From sequence record MZ475895.1: a stretch of DNA of 64,000 nucleotides. The stretch is one strand, 5' to 3'. Below the pieces are notes generated by a model. That model did not search any database. It saw nothing but the letters and a program-made list of their open reading frames with translations, and had not been told where the DNA came from. Positions 59,766-64,000 of this stretch are shown here, piece by piece. Each line of letters opens with the position of its first letter. Within the stretch, counting starts at the first letter, position 1. The translations under genes were made by a program, and so were the position numbers.

Positions 59766-61040
59766 ATGAAAAATCAGGTACACAACCTCAAAGCTGGTTT
59801 GAACGTAGTTGTCACCTCACTGACGGAACTGCGTTCTGGAAAAAACATGAAGCGCCAGCATGTTGTTGAAGTATTAGGTCAGCCGTCTTCCGTTTTGACT
59901 GACCTCACAAAGGCATTGAAAAGTAATACCTTCAAGTCATATCCTGATGTACTCCAGTTGCGCGACTCAGTTCGTGCGACAAGCACTACCTGTCTTAACC
60001 TGTTAGAGCAAGTGGTATCACGCCGTATCAAGCCACGCGATCTGATGGAAAAACTTGGTGAAGTTGTGAAGTCGTTTGAAGCCGACGTTAAGCTGGCTGA
60101 TTCGACCCTCGGGTATCTGCCTGAATCTCGTAAGACTCTCTCGCTCGATGACGTTGAGCGCGATGCTGATGGTAAGCTGAATCTCAAATCCTTGAATGCG
60201 GTCAGTGAAAAGATCTATGAGCAAGAGACGAACGATAAGGCGATACGCAGAGAGCAACGCGAAGACGCAGCGACAGTAAAGACCAGTCGTGTGCTCCAGC
60301 GGCTCAAAGAGTCGTATGCTCACAAAGTCCCAAGAACGTTCAATAAAGCCATTCAAATAATCCAATTGCCTGTGATGGCACGATTCGGTACGCTCGCTAT
60401 GAGTCCTGAGTCGCTGTCTAAGATGGGATTCAAAATTCAAACTGCTGGTCTGCACTCCACCCCGAGTTCTGACTTAGGTATTGTCTTTGAAAACCAGTTG
60501 CTGCTTTTCTTCCGTATGTCTGATGCTAAAGGCGTTGCAGAAGAAGCTGCAAAGAAACACAAGGACCTCGATGGAACTCTCGTAGAACGCAAACGCCTCC
60601 AGAAAGAAAGAAACGCAGAACGCCGCGACATTAAAAAGCTCAATCAGCTTTTGGCGGAAAACAAGTCACTCGTAGCCAAGCGCAAAATCCGTGAACAAAT
60701 TGCGGAAGCACAAGGCAACGTTGACGACATTACTGCGACTCTTGATGACATGGACCAAAAGGTGCGCTCATCGAACTCCAAAGAGCGTGTGTATCGTCAG
60801 ATGAAAACATCAAGCGATCACGCGATGCTGGATTACCTTAACCCTATCGTCGATATGCTCAACGAGAAAAGCAGTTCAACTCTCGGTCTGTTTACTACCA
60901 TGCCGTTACGCGGTGTCATGAAAGACGCTGACGTGCATTGCGCATGGCTCATGGAACAATCAGCTATTCGACTTCTGTTGCGCCACTGTGGCGGTGACGT
61001 GAAGTTGCAGAACTGGTTCTTGCCGTGGACTAATGGCTAA
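59766..61040 (+). CDS. hypothetical protein with coiled-coil regions (424 aa)
   Basis: Long ORF after the sigma70 promoter. Confidence 0.88.
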   Translation: MKNQVHNLKAGLNVVVTSLTELRSGKNMKRQHVVEVLGQPSSVLTDLTKALKSNTFKSYPDVLQLRDSVRATSTTCLNLLEQVVSRRIKPRDLMEKLGEVVKSFEADVKLADSTLGYLPESRKTLSLDDVERDADGKLNLKSLNAVSEKIYEQETNDKAIRREQREDAATVKTSRVLQRLKESYAHKVPRTFNKAIQIIQLPVMARFGTLAMSPESLSKMGFKIQTAGLHSTPSSDLGIVFENQLLLFFRMSDAKGVAEEAAKKHKDLDGTLVERKRLQKERNAERRDIKKLNQLLAENKSLVAKRKIREQIAEAQGNVDDITATLDDMDQKVRSSNSKERVYRQMKTSSDHAMLDYLNPIVDMLNEKSSSTLGLFTTMPLRGVMKDADVHCAWLMEQSAIRLLLRHCGGDVKLQNWFLPWTNG

Positions 61041-61572
61041 CGAAAATCGTTTACCAGCGGAAACAAAAGGTGCGTTAACACGGTGTATCATCTGCGGTCA
61101 GTTCAGTCGCGCGATTCACTACCACCATACTGTTCCCCGCTCACTGGGAGGCGAGCACTCGCTCCAAATCCCAATAGACGGTAACTGCCACACAACGCTC
61201 CATGCGAAAGCAGAAGCTGTGGTAGCGCGTTTGGCCGGTAACCGTAAACAACCAATTGGTCAGTTCTGGGACGACCCAGATGCTGAACAACGAGCTGAAA
61301 TGTGGCTAACGATTCTGGTAGATGCAATGCTTAATCCTCCAGTGCAGCCCGGACAGAAAGAAGTCCTGTTGCCGATGATTAAGGTTGATTTAGAAACCAG
61401 ACATGCGTTAGAATTGTTGAAGCGTGACACACCAGGCATAACAAACATGGGCCAAGTGTTGCGCTACTGTATTGAGACAACGTTAAAGGTTAAGGGGTTA
61501 AAAAATGGCAAATCAGAAAATCCGCACTCTGGACATCAAAGCACTCGTAAAAAGCGAGATGACCTGTGGTGA
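61033..61572 (+). CDS. HNH-motif protein with an RHH-like C-terminus (179 aa)
   Basis: CIIC...HYHHTVPRSLGG...IPIDGNCHTTLH; C-terminal MIKVDLETRHALELLKRDTPGITNMGQVLRYCIE. Confidence 0.65.
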   Translation: MANENRLPAETKGALTRCIICGQFSRAIHYHHTVPRSLGGEHSLQIPIDGNCHTTLHAKAEAVVARLAGNRKQPIGQFWDDPDAEQRAEMWLTILVDAMLNPPVQPGQKEVLLPMIKVDLETRHALELLKRDTPGITNMGQVLRYCIETTLKVKGLKNGKSENPHSGHQSTRKKRDDLW

Positions 61573-62368
61573 TTGCAGAGGGTTGACGCGGGATGCGTTA
61601 TTACCTACAGCGGAAAAACCGTGTGCTACTCAAGGGCAGTTGCCAGATGCTAAGATCTGCAAACACTATCGCCCTGACAGCGCATCACTGACTACCTTAA
61701 TGTCTGAGAATGGCGATTCATTGATCGCTATGTTCAACACAGTAAAAGACTTTAGCACCAAAGACTTGCACGTTGTTGCTGGTCTGTTGTTACGTGAAGC
61801 GAAGACACGTAGCTACGGTGTGCGCATAGGTCAAGCTGTGTTCGTGCGCTATCAAGGCCGCGAGACGCGCAACTATCTCAACAACTTTATGGCAGCGCGT
61901 GTGCTTGACGTTGACGACGAAACGATTCGCCTTATTTCCGAGAAGGGTGACATTGTTCTGACTTACGCCAACACAGGGTTCTCTGGACCGTCTGTCTATT
62001 CTAAACAGCAATTCACCAAACTGCGCAAGGAGATGAAAGCCAGTGGTAAGTTGATCGATCCTGAACGTCAGATCAAGACTACGAAACGCATGTTACCTAT
62101 GGAAGACAATGTTAGCTTCTCCGCACCAAGCTCGCTCGATGGCTTCTCAATCCCGATGATGGATGAAGTTGTCAAAGGCCGTGGTGCTAAGCGTAAGGGC
62201 AAGAAGACCAACACGCTGGTGGACATTGTGAGCATGATCGATAACGGTTATGACATGGGTGCAGAGCAAGACGAGTCTGGTGTTATGTCGCTGGGCAGCA
62301 ACAGCTACAAAAACAAAGGCAAGCGCATTCAGAAGGGCGCTGTCGAACTGTCTGACCTCGAAGGTTAA
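61505..62368 (+). CDS. protein with an N-terminal Cys cluster and a KOW/SH3-like central domain (287 aa)
   Basis: CGDC...C...CKHY; VRIGQAVFVRY...ARVLDVD. Confidence 0.8.
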   Translation: MANQKIRTLDIKALVKSEMTCGDCRGLTRDALLPTAEKPCATQGQLPDAKICKHYRPDSASLTTLMSENGDSLIAMFNTVKDFSTKDLHVVAGLLLREAKTRSYGVRIGQAVFVRYQGRETRNYLNNFMAARVLDVDDETIRLISEKGDIVLTYANTGFSGPSVYSKQQFTKLRKEMKASGKLIDPERQIKTTKRMLPMEDNVSFSAPSSLDGFSIPMMDEVVKGRGAKRKGKKTNTLVDIVSMIDNGYDMGAEQDESGVMSLGSNSYKNKGKRIQKGAVELSDLEG

Positions 62369-62409
62369 TCTGAACAATTCTACCATAATATACGATTAGG
62401 ATCTCGGAA

Positions 62410-63549
62410 ATGATCACAGAAGAAATCACTCTTAATGCTTACCTCTCACAGCGTCTGAACCTCGAAGAAGATTCAGAGCAATTCCGCCGAGTATACGCAG
62501 CCACGATCAAATATATTGGCAGCGGTTATAAGTCTATCGCAGGTTATCATCGTGACCTGCAATCCGAAGTAGATTTTAAGCAATTTGAGTTCACAGCGCC
62601 AGACTTGCGTATTGATATTTCTTCCATATGTCGTTTTACTCTCAAGCTGCGTTTCTTCGTGCTGGCTGTATGCTTGCACAAGGACCCAAAAGAGATTGTT
62701 CAAAAGTATGCAGCGTATGGTCTCTCCAAGCGTGAGGCCGTGCTTGCATGGAATACATTGTTGAAAGAAGTCGCATCCCGCACACAGATTCGTCGTATGG
62801 CCAAACAGAAGTCCAAGACTAAGGGCGGCCTTGATGTTACGATGGTTAGTAGTCGTGAGCTTCGTCTTCGCCTTGACCAGACAGCCAGCCTGTTTGCTGA
62901 ATTGCATCGCAGTGCGAAGCGTCTGGTCAGAAAGAATCTTATGTGGGTGAGCAAGAGCGAGAACATCCCTCTGCCAGATCTGACCTGTGACATTATGTGC
63001 AAGGTGCTGTTGTCGTATTATCAGTCGCTGCCTAATCGTTTCTCAGAAGCCCACCAGCTCAACTACCTGCGTGCGTCTCTGAACAACCGCATCAACAACA
63101 TGAACAACTACTACAGTGCAGACTGCCGCAAGCGTATGCACAAAGTGGGCGAAGACAAGTATGAGATTCTTGTTATGTCTGACAATCAGATGTGGCATAA
63201 TCCAGAAGATGATTCGTCTGCCTCGTATGAGGACCTGTTGGCTTCTGATGCGCGTGTTCATACCGAAGAGATGGAAAACAATCTGACTATTAATCGCCTT
63301 CTTGAGGAAGCTGAAGGCACTAAGCGCCACAAGCTGTACAGTACGGTGTTGGGCCGAGACTGTGCCGAGTTCACTGAGTATCTCCGTGACAACGGTATGC
63401 TCAAACAGACAATGACGTGTGCGACTCAATGGTTCATGGCCAAGCCCTACAAGTTCATTCGTAAGCATCTTGCGCAATGGCTTGAAGTGGCAGTTGAGAC
63501 GGTTAACGCCGGTCTGGTAACATTACGTGGTTCTTTGCAGGCAGCATGA
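62410..63549 (+). CDS. divergent sigma-70-like transcription factor (379 aa)
   Basis: Region-2-like AKRLVRKNL...LPDLTCDIMCKVLLSYY...LNYLRASLNNRINN; region-3.2-like SYEDLLA; region-4.2-like HTH IRKHLAQWLEVAVETVNAGLVTLRGSL. Confidence 0.55.
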   Translation: MITEEITLNAYLSQRLNLEEDSEQFRRVYAATIKYIGSGYKSIAGYHRDLQSEVDFKQFEFTAPDLRIDISSICRFTLKLRFFVLAVCLHKDPKEIVQKYAAYGLSKREAVLAWNTLLKEVASRTQIRRMAKQKSKTKGGLDVTMVSSRELRLRLDQTASLFAELHRSAKRLVRKNLMWVSKSENIPLPDLTCDIMCKVLLSYYQSLPNRFSEAHQLNYLRASLNNRINNMNNYYSADCRKRMHKVGEDKYEILVMSDNQMWHNPEDDSSASYEDLLASDARVHTEEMENNLTINRLLEEAEGTKRHKLYSTVLGRDCAEFTEYLRDNGMLKQTMTCATQWFMAKPYKFIRKHLAQWLEVAVETVNAGLVTLRGSLQAA

Positions 63550-63938
63550 GAGGTCACCAATTAGATATGCAGCAGTCAATCATCAACACTGATTTGGAGC
63601 GCTCAGCTTTCGCTCTGTTCAGCCGTTCTCAGTTAGCTGAGGACTATAAGCGTACCGTATTGTATCTCGTGTATAAGACTGTAAATCGTAATGGCATGAT
63701 GCAGGTTAATCGCCTCATCTATGAACTCGGTCAGAAGTATGAACTCAACCGCGAAGATGTTAAGTCAGCTATCGGTGCGCTCAAAGCTCCGTTCGCGTTT
63801 AACGCGCTGTCTGTGTTCGTGCCTCGTGCCGACGTTAAAACAAATCGAGTGTGTCGTACTAGCTCTAACCCTGCGATTGATAATTGGTTAGCAGAAGTAG
63901 AGCACAATTTCCCACACATCAGTCGTATGTTGCAGTAG
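63546..63938 (+). CDS. hypothetical protein, possible winged helix (130 aa)
   Basis: ATGA-coupled; VLYLVYKTV...MQVNRLIYELGQKYELNREDVKSAIGAL. Confidence 0.75.
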   Translation: MRGHQLDMQQSIINTDLERSAFALFSRSQLAEDYKRTVLYLVYKTVNRNGMMQVNRLIYELGQKYELNREDVKSAIGALKAPFAFNALSVFVPRADVKTNRVCRTSSNPAIDNWLAEVEHNFPHISRMLQ

Positions 63939-63946
63939 GGGCGCAG

Positions 63947-64000
63947 ATGGAAATGTTTTCGCTTGGCCTTGAGATCAGGGCCATCCGAACTATAACTAAT
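63947..64000 (+). CDS. 5' end of a gene truncated by the window edge
   Basis: AGGGG then ATG 63947, open to the end (MEMFSLGLEIRAIRTITN). Confidence 0.5.
   Translation, partial: MEMFSLGLEIRAIRTITN

Noticed and set aside
61033-61572. Mobile homing HNH endonuclease
   Set aside because: It is tightly overlapped with both neighbours in an operon, lacks NUMOD/AP2-type DNA-binding domains and is not in an intron; treated as a resident gene.

Overview
This window is a gene-dense segment of a large lytic (jumbo-type) dsDNA bacteriophage genome. About 100 credible CDS all lie on the + strand; I found no tRNA, rRNA, CRISPR array or integrase. An Enterobacterales host, probably a plant-associated Erwinia/Pantoea/Dickeya-type, is inferred from a YbiI/TraR homologue ending in the E. 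coli-like tail GYNRRGSKDSQLR, an AmsF/WceF-like exopolysaccharide glycosidase and a UvsE UV endonuclease. Recognisable genes: RecA/UvsX split by a 347-aa intein, an AcrVA2/FinQ-family protein, a NADAR-like protein, a GNAT-like protein, RNA 2'-phosphotransferase KptA/Tpt1, trimeric dUTPase with an extra loop, an SLT lytic transglycosylase, an HD hydrolase, type IIA topoisomerase B and A subunits (A lacks the C-terminal pinwheel), an HNH protein and a divergent sigma-70-like protein. The best new-system candidates are: (1) a 41-55 kb cluster of Lys/Ala-rich and Asp/Glu-rich disordered proteins sharing a helix-extension-helix module, beside the topoisomerase (possible phage chromatin/condensate); (2) a 13-copy promoter with a TGGACAAAAT box 31-33 nt upstream of an extended -10; (3) two related structured RNAs with a compensatory base pair and a conserved alternative pairing; (4) the AcrVA2-like protein in a phage whose likely hosts rarely carry Cas12a. 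All family assignments rest on motifs I recognise by eye or from memory; no searches were run.
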